64,000 bases of DNA from an uncultured Verrucomicrobiae bacterium (GCA_963756875.1 CAVWPA010000003.1:832001-896000); one strand, 5' to 3'. Positions 11,362 to 21,116 are shown, counted from the stretch's first letter. The notes: a model not told the origin generated them from the letters alone. Translations and numbers: made by a program.

Positions 11362-11403
11362 TACGGGAGGGAAGGCGCGTCGTTCTGAAGAGGAGTCGAA
11401 TTT

Positions 11404-13617
11404 CTACCTTTTTTTACTTCTATCGCGCTGGGCTGAGGGCTGGTCGGCGAGGGCAAAATCGATCTGTCGCTTGAACCGGTCGACCCGCGCCACAAAGACC
11501 CGGAGCTCGTCCCCGAGGGAATAGCGTTTTCGGGAACGTCGGCCGATCAGACGGCGTTGGACGGCGTCGAAGACATAAAAATCGCCGGTGAGTGACGAGA
11601 TGTGGATCAGGCCCGTGGTGAGCACGTCGGGCAGCTCTACCACCAGGCCGTAATTGCGAACCTCGATCACGGTGGCCCGAAAAACCTCGGGATTGCGCAT
11701 CTCCAGCTGCCGCTCGAAGAACTCCAAGGTCATGATTCGAACGGCATCGATCTCCGCCTCGGCGGCGTTGCGCTCGGTGGCCGAGATGTGGGCGGCAATC
11801 GATTCGACTTCGTGCATGTCGATCCTGCCGGGTTGATCCTGGTAGGGACGCCGCGCTGCGGCGTCCGGTCGGCGCAGCGCGCCGACCCTACCTAAGGCGC
11901 GATGCACGACCAGGTCCGCATAACGTCGGATTGGACTGGTGAAATGCAGGTAGTTCGCCTTTGCGAGTCCGTAGTGACCCAGCGGCTGCGCGGCATAACG
12001 CGCTCGCTTCAAGCTCTTGAGCAAGCCGATCTTGAGCGCCTGTTCCTCCGGTTTGCCGCGGGTGGAAGCCAGAAAACGCTGGATCTCGGCGCGATGCGAG
12101 AGGTCGCCTACCTTGTAACCAAAACTCAATATGAATTCGCGATACTCCGCCAGTTTTTGCGGATCGGGATCCTCGTGAACCCGGTAAACGGTTGGGATGT
12201 CGCGATGTCTCAGCTCGCGCGCCACCGCTTCATTTGCGGCCAGCATGAATTCCTCGATCAACTGGTGCGATTCGTCATTTTCGACCCGTTCCAGCCGAAC
12301 AGGTCTGCCCTCCGAATCGACACGCACTTTCACTTCCGGAAAATCGAGATCGAGCGAGCCATGTTCGAACCGCTTTCTGCGAAGCAGGGAAGCGAGCTCC
12401 CATGCCGTATGCAGGCGTTTGCTCAGTTCGTCGCCGGCATTCGATTTGAGAATTGCATGCGCCTCCTTGTAAGTAAGCCGGCGCGCGCTGCGGATGATAC
12501 TCTTTGCAAAATGGGCATTCTTTGCCCGGCCATTCTTGTCGAACCGAATGAACACGGAGCGAGTAAGACGGTTGACTTGCGGGTTGAGGCTGCAAACGCC
12601 GTTGCTTAAGCGTTCGGGCAACATGGGAATGACCCGGTCCGGCAGGTAAACACTGTTTCCACGCCGGCGGGCTTCACGATCGAGAGAGCTGCCTGGTTTC
12701 ACGTAGGCTGAAACGTCGGCGATGTGCACGCCCAGCAGCCATTCTCCGTTGTCGGTCTTTTCGACATTGATCGCATCGTCGAAATCCCGCGCATCGTCCG
12801 GGTCGATGGTGACAATGAATTTTTGACGCAAATCTTCGCGGCCATCGAGCATTCCCTCGGTCACGGTCTCAGAAACTTGGTTCGCTTCTTCAACGACGTC
12901 TTTCGGAAACTCGGCGGGAAGGTCGTACTTCCGGATAATTGAAAGCATGTCGATCCCGGGGGCCGAGGCCGGTCCGAGAAGCTCGATGATTTTGCCTTCT
13001 GGATTGACGTGACGCGATTCCCATGGCTCGAGGCGCACCACGACTTTGTCTCCGACCGCCGGAATCTTTGGCAGCGCCCCGGCCCGGGGGAGTGGCACGT
13101 AGACGTTGTGGACCATGCGCGGATCGTCCGCGACGACGTAGTAAAAGTTCTGCGACTGCTGAAGCGTGCCCACGATGGTGTCGCGCGCGCGTTCCAGGAT
13201 GCGAATGACCCGGCCCTCGGGGCGTCCGTATCTTTTTTTGCCCCGCACGAAGGGCTCCTCACGCGTGATTCGCGCGACCACCCGATCGCCGTTCATGGCT
13301 GTGCCGGTGTTCTCTGCCGCGATGAAAATGTCCGGCTCGCCCGGGGTTTCGCTGATCAGAAAACCGTAACCGGCCTGATGGATCGACAATTTGCCGGTGA
13401 CAAGGTCGGCCTCGGCGGGCAGCACATAGCGGTTTTTCCGGATCCGCGCGATCTGACCCGACCGCTCGAGATCGCGCAGCTCCTGGCGAAGGGCGACGCG
13501 CTGATTGCTCTTCACGGCGAGCTTGCGTGCGATCTCGGTTTTATCGAGCGGTCGGTAATCGCGCGAGGCGAGGAGCGCGAGAATCTTCTCGCGAATCTTA
13601 CGTCCGTTTTGAATCAT
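11404..13617 (-). CDS. rnr: Ribonuclease R
   Basis: TIDPDDARDFDDA, HIADVS, LIEEFMLAAN, HFTSPIRRYADL, C-terminal S1 domain. Confidence 0.97.
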   Translation of the reverse strand: MIQNGRKIREKILALLASRDYRPLDKTEIARKLAVKSNQRVALRQELRDLERSGQIARIRKNRYVLPAEADLVTGKLSIHQAGYGFLISETPGEPDIFIAAENTGTAMNGDRVVARITREEPFVRGKKRYGRPEGRVIRILERARDTIVGTLQQSQNFYYVVADDPRMVHNVYVPLPRAGALPKIPAVGDKVVVRLEPWESRHVNPEGKIIELLGPASAPGIDMLSIIRKYDLPAEFPKDVVEEANQVSETVTEGMLDGREDLRQKFIVTIDPDDARDFDDAINVEKTDNGEWLLGVHIADVSAYVKPGSSLDREARRRGNSVYLPDRVIPMLPERLSNGVCSLNPQVNRLTRSVFIRFDKNGRAKNAHFAKSIIRSARRLTYKEAHAILKSNAGDELSKRLHTAWELASLLRRKRFEHGSLDLDFPEVKVRVDSEGRPVRLERVENDESHQLIEEFMLAANEAVARELRHRDIPTVYRVHEDPDPQKLAEYREFILSFGYKVGDLSHRAEIQRFLASTRGKPEEQALKIGLLKSLKRARYAAQPLGHYGLAKANYLHFTSPIRRYADLVVHRALGRVGALRRPDAAARRPYQDQPGRIDMHEVESIAAHISATERNAAEAEIDAVRIMTLEFFERQLEMRNPEVFRATVIEVRNYGLVVELPDVLTTGLIHISSLTGDFYVFDAVQRRLIGRRSRKRYSLGDELRVFVARVDRFKRQIDFALADQPSAQRDRSKKR
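11841..11892. repeat. GTAG-type REP doublet lying in frame inside rnr
   Basis: GGTAGGG...CCCTACC termini enclosing hairpins GGACGCCGC-GCT-GCGGCGTCC and GGTCGGCGC-AGC-GCGCCGACC. Confidence 0.85.
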
Positions 13618-13670
13618 GAGAGCGAAAGGGTATTGTTAGGGCGATTGCCAGTTTTCCACCGGAGGTCGAA

Positions 13671-14195
13671 ATGATGCCAAAAGCAAATTTTGTCGCCACC
13701 TTTTTAATGGCGTTGGCGGCAATCGGTTCGCTCAGCGCGGGAGTCACAAAAATGAAAATCACAAGCTCGGCTTTTCAGGAAGGCGGAAATATTCCGTCCA
13801 AATTCACATGCGATGGCGCGGATACGAGTCCCCCGTTGCATGTCGATCAGGTTCCGGCTGAAGCAAAAAGCCTGGTGTTAATTGTCGACGACCCGGACGC
13901 GCCGGGCGGGTTGTTTACGCATTGGATAGCTTGGAACATCGATCCTAAGGGCACGGAGATCGCAGAAGGAAGCGCACCGGCAAGAGGCGTCCAGGGAAGG
14001 AGCAGCTTTGGCAAATCCGGTTACGGAGGGCCCTGCCCGCCGTCCGGCACGCATCGTTACTTTTTCAAAATTTATGCATTGGATCGGGATTTGGATTTGC
14101 CGGCCGGCTCGAAGAGAGGCCAACTCGACGAAGCGATGCGCGGCCACATCATTGGTGAGGGACAACTGATGGGCCGTTATTCGCGCAAGAAATAG
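13671..14195 (+). CDS. YbhB/YbcL family (PEBP) protein with signal peptide
   Basis: TCDG, SPPL, DDPDAP, FTHW, GYGGPCPP, HRY motifs. Confidence 0.93.
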   Translation: MMPKANFVATFLMALAAIGSLSAGVTKMKITSSAFQEGGNIPSKFTCDGADTSPPLHVDQVPAEAKSLVLIVDDPDAPGGLFTHWIAWNIDPKGTEIAEGSAPARGVQGRSSFGKSGYGGPCPPSGTHRYFFKIYALDRDLDLPAGSKRGQLDEAMRGHIIGEGQLMGRYSRKK

Positions 14196-14304
14196 TGGAG
14201 GGCGTCCGCGCTGCATGCCACGCCATAGCGGCGCGGCGGCGGGTCGGCGCCCTGACATTTGGGACTCCTCGAATAACGCCTCGCGTGTGATAGTCTCACC
14301 CATA

Positions 14305-15150
14305 ATGGGTGGAAGACCTTGGAAAATCGGCGGCGATGTTCTCAATCTTTCCCGCCGTGCAATGATTATGGGCGTGCTGAACGTCACGCCCGATTCGTTT
14401 TCGGATGGCGGTAAGTTTTTGTCTGTCGAGAAAGCGTTTGAGCGCGGAGCGGCGATTGCAGAGGAAGGAGCGCACATCGTCGATGTGGGCGGTGAATCGA
14501 CCAGACCTGGCGCAGAACCGGTTCCGGTAGAAGAAGAGCTGCGCCGCGTGATTCCGGTGATTGAGAGATTGCGGAGGCGGATCGACATTTTTATTTCGAT
14601 CGATACATCGAAGAGCGAAGTGGCCGATGCGGCGCTGGGTGCGGGTGCTTCCATCGTCAACGATGTAACGGGTGGGCGAGGGGACGAGAAAATGATGCAG
14701 CTAATCGCAAAGCGGAAGGCAGCCTTTATCATGATGCACATGCAAGGGAAGCCGCAAACAATGCAGGAAGCGCCGCACTATCTCGATGTTGTCTCGGAAG
14801 TGGCTGATTTTTTTCGACAACAATATGGGCGCGCTCTAGAGTGCGGAATTGATCCCATGTCCATCGCGTTTGATCCCGGAATTGGTTTCGGCAAAACGCT
14901 TGAGCATAACCTCGAGCTCCTGGGAAATCTCGAGCGCCTGCGCGTGGAAGATCGGCCGTTGGCGATCGGGGTCTCCCGGAAATCTTTTCTGGGGAAACTG
15001 GCAGGCACCCCGGACATGAGCGGCCGGCTGGCGTCCACGGTTGCATTGACCGCGCTGCTGCGCTCGCGCGGCGCGAATATTCTGAGGGTGCATGACGTGA
15101 AGGAAAATGTCGCGGCGTTACGCGTAACGGAGGTCGTTTTAGAGCACTGA
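14305..15150 (+). CDS. folP: Dihydropteroate synthase
   Basis: MGVLNVTPDSFSDGG, DVGGESTRPG, DPGIGFGK, SRKSF, RVHDV. Confidence 0.97.
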   Translation: MGGRPWKIGGDVLNLSRRAMIMGVLNVTPDSFSDGGKFLSVEKAFERGAAIAEEGAHIVDVGGESTRPGAEPVPVEEELRRVIPVIERLRRRIDIFISIDTSKSEVADAALGAGASIVNDVTGGRGDEKMMQLIAKRKAAFIMMHMQGKPQTMQEAPHYLDVVSEVADFFRQQYGRALECGIDPMSIAFDPGIGFGKTLEHNLELLGNLERLRVEDRPLAIGVSRKSFLGKLAGTPDMSGRLASTVALTALLRSRGANILRVHDVKENVAALRVTEVVLEH

Positions 15151-15151
15151 C

Positions 15152-16039
15152 ATGTTGCATCATCTTCTTTATCTCTGGCTAAGAAGCTGGCGGAGCATCC
15201 TTGAGATCATCCTCCTGAGTGTCGGGATCTATTACGGGTATCTTTATTTTCGCGGTACGCGCGGCGCGAAAGTGTTGACGGGACTGGCCATCGTTTTTTT
15301 GACGCTGACTTTGATCTCGACGCTCCTGAACCTCGTCGTGATCGGCTGGATTCTGCGCAGTTTTTCGGTATTTCTCGCCATTGCCCTTGTGGTCATTTTT
15401 CAACCTGAGCTTCGCCGGGGACTGGCCGAACTCGGCGGGCATCCGATCTTTTCCCTAACGAGTGAAAAACGCGAGACGGTGCACGATATCGCCGAGGCGG
15501 TGACGCAGCTCGCCAACAAGCAATTCGGCGCGCTCATCGCAATCGAGCGCGATACCTCTATTCGGGTTTATGAGGAAACCGGTGTGCGCGTGGATGCTGA
15601 ATTTTCGGTTGAACTTTTGCTGACGATTTTCCATCCCAAAGCGGCATTGCACGATGGCGGCGTTATTGTGCGTAATGGCCGGGTCGCCGCGGCGGCATGC
15701 ATTTTCCCGGTGAGCCAGCGCGAAACGCTCGATCGAAGCTTTGGACTGCGTCATCGGGCCGGACTTGGGATTACGGAAGAATCAGATGCGGTGGCGGTGG
15801 TCGTTTCCGAAGAGACCGGTGGAATTTCTATTTGCCATAGGCGGCGGATTGAGCGCAATTTTACTCTGGAAACATTTCGCCAACGGCTCGGAGAGATTTT
15901 GCTGCATGGTCCATATGAAGAGACTGATTCTGAAAAACTGGAGGGCAAACTGGAGGGCGAAGTTGATCTCGGTTCTGCTCGCGACAACCCTCTGGTACCT
16001 CATCAAGAAGAACGTAGCAACGACACCCTCGCCGTCTGA
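15152..16039 (+). CDS. cdaA: Diadenylate cyclase CdaA (DacA)
   Basis: Three TM helices, IFQPELRRGL, LHDGG, GLRHRA, VSEETG. Confidence 0.93.
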   Translation: MLHHLLYLWLRSWRSILEIILLSVGIYYGYLYFRGTRGAKVLTGLAIVFLTLTLISTLLNLVVIGWILRSFSVFLAIALVVIFQPELRRGLAELGGHPIFSLTSEKRETVHDIAEAVTQLANKQFGALIAIERDTSIRVYEETGVRVDAEFSVELLLTIFHPKAALHDGGVIVRNGRVAAAACIFPVSQRETLDRSFGLRHRAGLGITEESDAVAVVVSEETGGISICHRRRIERNFTLETFRQRLGEILLHGPYEETDSEKLEGKLEGEVDLGSARDNPLVPHQEERSNDTLAV

Positions 16040-16076
16040 TTTTCGATCGGTGACGCCCGCGGCGGAGCGACGTTAA
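15915..16076 (+). CDS. Mini CdaR-like single-TM protein (53 aa) overlapping the cdaA 3' end
   Basis: MKRLILKNWRANWRAKLISVLLATTLWYLI resembles the CdaR/YbbR N-terminal membrane anchor; in the usual position after cdaA. Confidence 0.65.
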   Translation: MKRLILKNWRANWRAKLISVLLATTLWYLIKKNVATTPSPSDFRSVTPAAERR

Positions 16077-16084
16077 AGCGCAGC

Positions 16085-16546
16085 TTAGCGCAGGAAGCGC
16101 GCGAGATTTTCATGTTCCCAGCGCCTGGCCCGGCGATATCTGGGGAACTCTTGTTCACGCCGGTTAAATTCTTCGGTGTGCACGCGACGTCGGCGGCCGA
16201 CGATTTCGTCTGGAACAACCGAATGCAACATTTCGTGATAGAGCACGTACTGGAGGAACCAAAGAGGAACAAACGGCTGATCCAGTAATATATTGATCCG
16301 AATGATTCGGTCTTCTTCTTGAATGGTTCCAAAAACGAAATAATCCTTGGGTCGATGTTTCCGTCGACGGCCCCAAATCACCTGGTAACCGCGAAGGCGC
16401 CCGCGAAAATATCGCGCGTTCAGCTTGTCGAATATCTTGCGCAGGTCGAAATACCTTCCTTCCTGCTGCAGATTCAGCTGTCCCTGCATCGGCAGCTTCA
16501 GGTGCGCCAGCTTGCGCTTCGGTTTGGATTTAGTCTTCTTCGCCAT
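16085..16546 (-). CDS. SprT-like zinc metallopeptidase domain protein
   Basis: FDKLNARYF, YVLYHEMLH, distal H in RRVHTEEF. Confidence 0.8.
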   Translation of the reverse strand: MAKKTKSKPKRKLAHLKLPMQGQLNLQQEGRYFDLRKIFDKLNARYFRGRLRGYQVIWGRRRKHRPKDYFVFGTIQEEDRIIRINILLDQPFVPLWFLQYVLYHEMLHSVVPDEIVGRRRRVHTEEFNRREQEFPRYRRARRWEHENLARFLR

Positions 16547-16839
16547 GACAACTGACCCCCTGACTTCGTCCAGTGGATAATGGTAGTTTACCGAGACTTT
16601 AATCGGCTGACAAGAAGAGCTGCGGAATCAGCCATTGTTATTTCATAAGCTGTTTGTCATCAGCTATTTATACTAAAAGACGCAGTTTTGCAGATCAAAA
16701 CCGGATTAACCCTGTCGCCAGCGCGGATTTACGAACGAAGGCTGGGATTTTACAGGGCACAGAAGGCGATTTGGCGAGTGCCGCAATTTGCGTATAATCC
16801 CGTTGTTTCCGCGGTTTCCGCTACGCAAATTGCATCGAG

Positions 16840-17958
16840 ATGACGCCTTTCCTGAGAAAATTGCTCGGTCTAAACTGGATCCTGCTGGTAGTGATGCTCG
16901 CGCTTGGCATCTTCGGCGTTATCGCGATTTACAGTGCGACTTACATGCGCGAAGACCCGGTGGCTGCCGATTTCTGGCGCAAACAGGCCAACTGGGTCGT
17001 GGTCGGCTTTTTTGCCTTCATGGTCGCGAGCCTCATCGATTACCACTGGATCCGTTGGGGCGCGTTGCCGATGTATCTGGCGGGTCTCTTCTTTTTGATC
17101 CTGACAAAGTTCATCGGCTCGAAAGTCTACGGAGCACGCAGCTGGCTCCATCTTGGGCCCATTAATTTTCAGCCGGCCCAGCTTGCGGTGGTTGCCGGGA
17201 TCATGGTGCTGGCCTTGTTCCTGAGCCAGTTCCGCCAGATGCATCCGATGCTTCGGCTGCTGGTGTGCGGCGCGATCGTCGGCGCGCCATGTCTTTTGAT
17301 TCTGATGCAACCCGACCTGGGAGAGGTCATCATCTGGGTGCCGGTGTTACTCGCGCTGTTGTTTGTTGGCGGTCTTCCCCTGCGTTACCTCATTTGCGTC
17401 ATTCTTATCGGCGTTGCTTTCGTCCCGATCGCCATCAACCTCGGCCTTAAGCCGTATCAGCAGCAGCGTATCACAGCCTTTATTAACCCCGACATCGACA
17501 AACAAGGGGCTGCCTGGGCGATCAATCAGTCGCTCATCGCGATCGGTTCCGGCGGTTGGTCCGGCAAAGGGTTCAAAGCGCCGAATACCCAGATTGAGCT
17601 CGGATTTCTCCCGGCAACCGCCGTTCACAACGATTACATTTTTTCCGCCATCGGCGAGCAGTGGGGATTTGTCGGCGGCATGTTTTTGATCGGCGCGTTC
17701 GCCTTGCTCCTGTTGACCTGTCTATTCGTCGCCTTTTTCGCGGGTGATCAATTTGGTCTGCTTCTTGTGGTTGGAATCACTGGGCTCATTTTTACGCACG
17801 TATTCCAAAATATCGGCATGACGATTTCGATGTTGCCGATCACCGGTGTGCCGCTGCCGCTGATCAGCTACAGCGGCTCCTTCGCGCTCATGATCATGTT
17901 TGCCCTCGGCGTCGTGAACAGCGTGTGGGTGCATCGAAAGTCAGTGCCGATCCATTAG
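16840..17958 (+). CDS. rodA: SEDS peptidoglycan glycosyltransferase (RodA/FtsW family)
   Basis: GARSW, FQPAQL, QPDLG, QSLIAIGSGG, PITGVPLPLISYSGS. Confidence 0.9.
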   Translation: MTPFLRKLLGLNWILLVVMLALGIFGVIAIYSATYMREDPVAADFWRKQANWVVVGFFAFMVASLIDYHWIRWGALPMYLAGLFFLILTKFIGSKVYGARSWLHLGPINFQPAQLAVVAGIMVLALFLSQFRQMHPMLRLLVCGAIVGAPCLLILMQPDLGEVIIWVPVLLALLFVGGLPLRYLICVILIGVAFVPIAINLGLKPYQQQRITAFINPDIDKQGAAWAINQSLIAIGSGGWSGKGFKAPNTQIELGFLPATAVHNDYIFSAIGEQWGFVGGMFLIGAFALLLLTCLFVAFFAGDQFGLLLVVGITGLIFTHVFQNIGMTISMLPITGVPLPLISYSGSFALMIMFALGVVNSVWVHRKSVPIH

Positions 17959-18040
17959 TCTCGCAGCGGCATTATCCCGGCAGTCTGTCCCGCGATGCGG
18001 TTTACTTTCGGCTGCTGTCGCCTAAGATCGGCCGCAAGGC

Positions 18041-18760
18041 ATGGAAACGGATTACAAGGTCAAGCTTGAGGTATTTGAAGGCCCGCTCGATCTGCTTCTT
18101 TATCTGATCAAGCGCGACGAGATCGACATCTACGACATCTCGATCGAACGCATCACCCGCCAGTACCTGGAGTATCTTCAGGCTTTCAAAGAATTGAACA
18201 TCGACGTTGCTGGCGAGTTCGTGGTGATGGCGGCCAATCTGATTTACATGAAAAGCCGCAGCCTGCTCCCGGTCGATCAACAGCCGCCCGACGAGGAGGC
18301 CGATGAAGATGACCCGCGCTGGGACCTGATTCGCCAATTAATCGAATACAAGAAATTCAAGGAAGCGGCGGCGCAATTGCATGTGCGCGAGCTGGAGCAG
18401 GAACGAATTTACACCCGGGAAGGCGATGCGGGAACCGATGCTCCGCTGCGCCTGGCCGAGGTCGGAATTTTCCAGCTCATCCATGCATTCCAGAATGTGG
18501 TCAGACGAATTGAGGCGCGCGAGGATTTGCGTGAAATTTTCGGCGAACGCTTCACGGTTTCAGAGAAGATCGAGGTAATTTTGCAACGCATTGCGAACGG
18601 TGCATCTGTCCGGTTCTCGGATCTGTTCAGCGAGGTGGTATCGCGCGTCGAGATCGTGGTCACTTTTCTTGCGCTTCTTGAGTTGATCCGCCTTAACCAG
18701 GTGCGCGCAATTCAGCGGGACATCTTTGACGAGATTGAAATCGCTTCGGCCGCGACGTGA
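18041..18760 (+). CDS. scpA: Segregation and condensation protein A
   Basis: FEGPLDLLLYLI, EYKKFKEAA, VVTFLALLEL. Confidence 0.95.
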   Translation: METDYKVKLEVFEGPLDLLLYLIKRDEIDIYDISIERITRQYLEYLQAFKELNIDVAGEFVVMAANLIYMKSRSLLPVDQQPPDEEADEDDPRWDLIRQLIEYKKFKEAAAQLHVRELEQERIYTREGDAGTDAPLRLAEVGIFQLIHAFQNVVRRIEAREDLREIFGERFTVSEKIEVILQRIANGASVRFSDLFSEVVSRVEIVVTFLALLELIRLNQVRAIQRDIFDEIEIASAAT

Positions 18761-18776
18761 GAATTGATTCTAAATA

Positions 18777-19625
18777 ATGCAGCGGGTGCTCATTGCGGGC
18801 TGTGGCTATCTAGGACGAGCGGCAGCCGACTTGTTTCACAGTGCCGCCTGGCACGTCGAAGGGTGGACGAGGTCAACCCGTGCCGCCGGAGAACTCACCG
18901 GAAAGCCTTACCCGGTTGGGGCGGTCGATATCTCAGATCGCCGTCAAGTGGACGCCTGCAAGAGCGAATTCGACGCGGTGGTCCATTGTGCGAGCACGCG
19001 CGGAGGTGACGCGAACCTTTATCGGCAGGTTTATTTAGAGGGAGCGCGTAATCTCCTGCGCCGCTTCGCCAAATCGACAATCTTGTTTGTGAGCAGCACG
19101 AGCGTTTACGCCCAAACCGGCGGCGAATGGGTGACCGAAGAAAGCGCCGCACAACCGGAACATGAAACGGGAAAAATCCTGCTCGAGACGGAGCGGTGTG
19201 TTCTCGATCGCAACGGCGTTGTCACGCGACTCGCTGGGATTTACGGCCCCTGTCGCTCGTATCTGCTCAAGAGATTCCTGGGCGGCGAAGCGGTTATCGA
19301 TCCAAAGAACGACCGGTTTGTGAATCAGGTGCACCGGGACGATGCCGCGGCGGCGTTGTTTGTCTTATTGGATCGTTCCGCGCCGGGAGGTGAAATTTTT
19401 GACGTGGTTGACGATCAGCCGATGCTGCAGAGCGAATGCTACCGTTGGCTGGCGACGAAGTTAAATCGAGAACTCCCACCTGTCGGAACAACGGAATCAA
19501 AGCGGAAGCGCGGCGCGAGCAACAAACGAGTGAGCAACGCCAAGCTGCGCGCTTTGGGTTGGAATCCGCATTATCCGACATTCGCCGACGCGATGGAGAA
19601 GAGCGTTCTGGAGAGTTTTTCCTGA
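18777..19625 (+). CDS. NAD-dependent epimerase/dehydratase (atypical SDR, YeeZ-like)
   Basis: GCGYLG, SSTSVY, RLAGIYGP, NQVHRDD, KRVSNAKL. Confidence 0.88.
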   Translation: MQRVLIAGCGYLGRAAADLFHSAAWHVEGWTRSTRAAGELTGKPYPVGAVDISDRRQVDACKSEFDAVVHCASTRGGDANLYRQVYLEGARNLLRRFAKSTILFVSSTSVYAQTGGEWVTEESAAQPEHETGKILLETERCVLDRNGVVTRLAGIYGPCRSYLLKRFLGGEAVIDPKNDRFVNQVHRDDAAAALFVLLDRSAPGGEIFDVVDDQPMLQSECYRWLATKLNRELPPVGTTESKRKRGASNKRVSNAKLRALGWNPHYPTFADAMEKSVLESFS

Positions 19626-19653
19626 CGGTTGAAGCCCTAGGTTTCCGCCTTGT

Positions 19654-19717
19654 GTAGCCACGGCGCTCTGTCGCCGTGATTCCCCGCGTCGGCGCCCCGG
19701 CAGAGCGGGGCGGCTAC
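19654..19717. repeat. GTAG-type REP doublet
   Basis: GTAGCCACGGCGCTCTGTCGCCGTG ... GCCCCGGCAGAGCGGGGCGGCTAC. Confidence 0.75.
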
Positions 19718-19777
19718 GTCCGAAAGGCGCGATTTTTTTCTCAAAATCAGGGGTATAAAAGCTGCTTTTTTTCAGGT

Positions 19778-20044
19778 GTGCGCATAATCAAGCTCACTGG
19801 CCGCGAAGCGAACGTCGTGCGGGCGATTGGTTTTGCCGAGTCTATGCTTGGGACCGAAATCCAGGATTTCACGCGCATGGAATCTGACGATGTGACCGAC
19901 ACACTAAACAGCCTGATGGCTGCGGGATTCGTCGAAAGTATTCCTTACTTCGAGCAAGTACAGCTCGCGGAAATGCCGGTGACCGCATTTGAATTGAATC
20001 CAGCGTACGCGCACGATTTGAAACGCGCGTTGTTCCGCGGTTAG
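19778..20044 (+). CDS. Hypothetical protein, possibly winged-helix fold
   Basis: GTG start, compact 88-aa ORF; DDVTDTLNSLMAAGFVES resembles a wHTH recognition helix plus wing. Confidence 0.65.
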   Translation: MRIIKLTGREANVVRAIGFAESMLGTEIQDFTRMESDDVTDTLNSLMAAGFVESIPYFEQVQLAEMPVTAFELNPAYAHDLKRALFRG

Positions 20045-21069
20045 CTTACGCCGGTCGCGGCCGTGGCCCGCGAATCGGAGGCGGCCGAGTGCTGCGCCCG
20101 CCGCTCGCCAAAGAGTTGGCGGATCACTTCTTCCACCGGCACTTCCTGGACGTTGATGTCGCTGACATGGCAGGCTTCCAACAGTTGCCGGCAGGTTTCG
20201 GTGACTTTTGCCCTCGGGACTTTCAGCTGCACCGAGACCGGTGTTTGCTCGATAATTTCGCCGAATGCCGACAAATCCCGGTCTGCTCTCTTCTCGAAAG
20301 TCAGGCTGATAATTTTGTGACCGGAAAAACGGTCGATGATCTGGGAGAGAGGACCGTCGAAAAAGATTTTGCCGTGATCGATCACGAGAACGCGATGACA
20401 AAGCTCCTCGATATCCTGCATGTAGTGACTGGTGAGCAGCGTGACAATGCGATGTTCTTCGTTGTAAATGCGAAGAAATTCGCGCACGCGTTTTTGACTG
20501 ACGACATCGAGGCCAATAGTTGGTTCGTCGAGAAACAGGACTCGCGGTTCGTGGATGAGGGCCGAGATCAACTCCATTTTCATCCGCTCGCCCAACGACA
20601 GTTCGCGCACCATCACGTTCATCTTGTCCCGGACATCGAGAATATCGGAGAGGCCGTCGACGACTTTTTTGAAACGCTGGCGGTCGATCCCGTAAATGGC
20701 GCGATTGAGTTCCAGCGATTCCTGAGCCGGCAGGTCCCACCAAAGCGCGTTTTTCTGGCCCATGAGCAAACTGAACTGGCGCTTCATTTCATTGCGCCTC
20801 TCCCATGGAACGAAGCCCAGGACGCGGGCCTCCCCGGAACTGGGGTTGAGAAGACCGGAGAGCATCTTGAGCACGGTTGTTTTTCCGGCGCCGTTCGGAC
20901 CGAGGAATCCGACGAACTCGCCGTCGTCGATCTGAAAGGAGACGCCGTCGGCGGCGCGTGTTTCCTCGTATCGCCGCCTGACGAGTCCCTTGATGGAGCC
21001 CCGCAATCCGCCCTCCTTTCGATAGGTGCGGTAAATCTTTGTCAGGTCGCGAGCTTCAATCGCGCTCAT
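20041..21069 (-). CDS. ABC-2 type transporter ATP-binding protein
   Basis: GPNGAGKTT, LSLGERMK, LFLDEPT, TSH. Confidence 0.93.
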   Translation of the reverse strand: MSAIEARDLTKIYRTYRKEGGLRGSIKGLVRRRYEETRAADGVSFQIDDGEFVGFLGPNGAGKTTVLKMLSGLLNPSSGEARVLGFVPWERRNEMKRQFSLLMGQKNALWWDLPAQESLELNRAIYGIDRQRFKKVVDGLSDILDVRDKMNVMVRELSLGERMKMELISALIHEPRVLFLDEPTIGLDVVSQKRVREFLRIYNEEHRIVTLLTSHYMQDIEELCHRVLVIDHGKIFFDGPLSQIIDRFSGHKIISLTFEKRADRDLSAFGEIIEQTPVSVQLKVPRAKVTETCRQLLEACHVSDINVQEVPVEEVIRQLFGERRAQHSAASDSRATAATGVS

Positions 21070-21116
21070 ACGGCTTGGTCGGATCGACCATCAATCCAGG
21101 CCGATCTCTTCGGCCA

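Noticed and set aside
20041..21069. ABC ATPase without adjacent permeases as a novel system
   Set aside because: Permeases are probably encoded elsewhere; nothing else is unusual.
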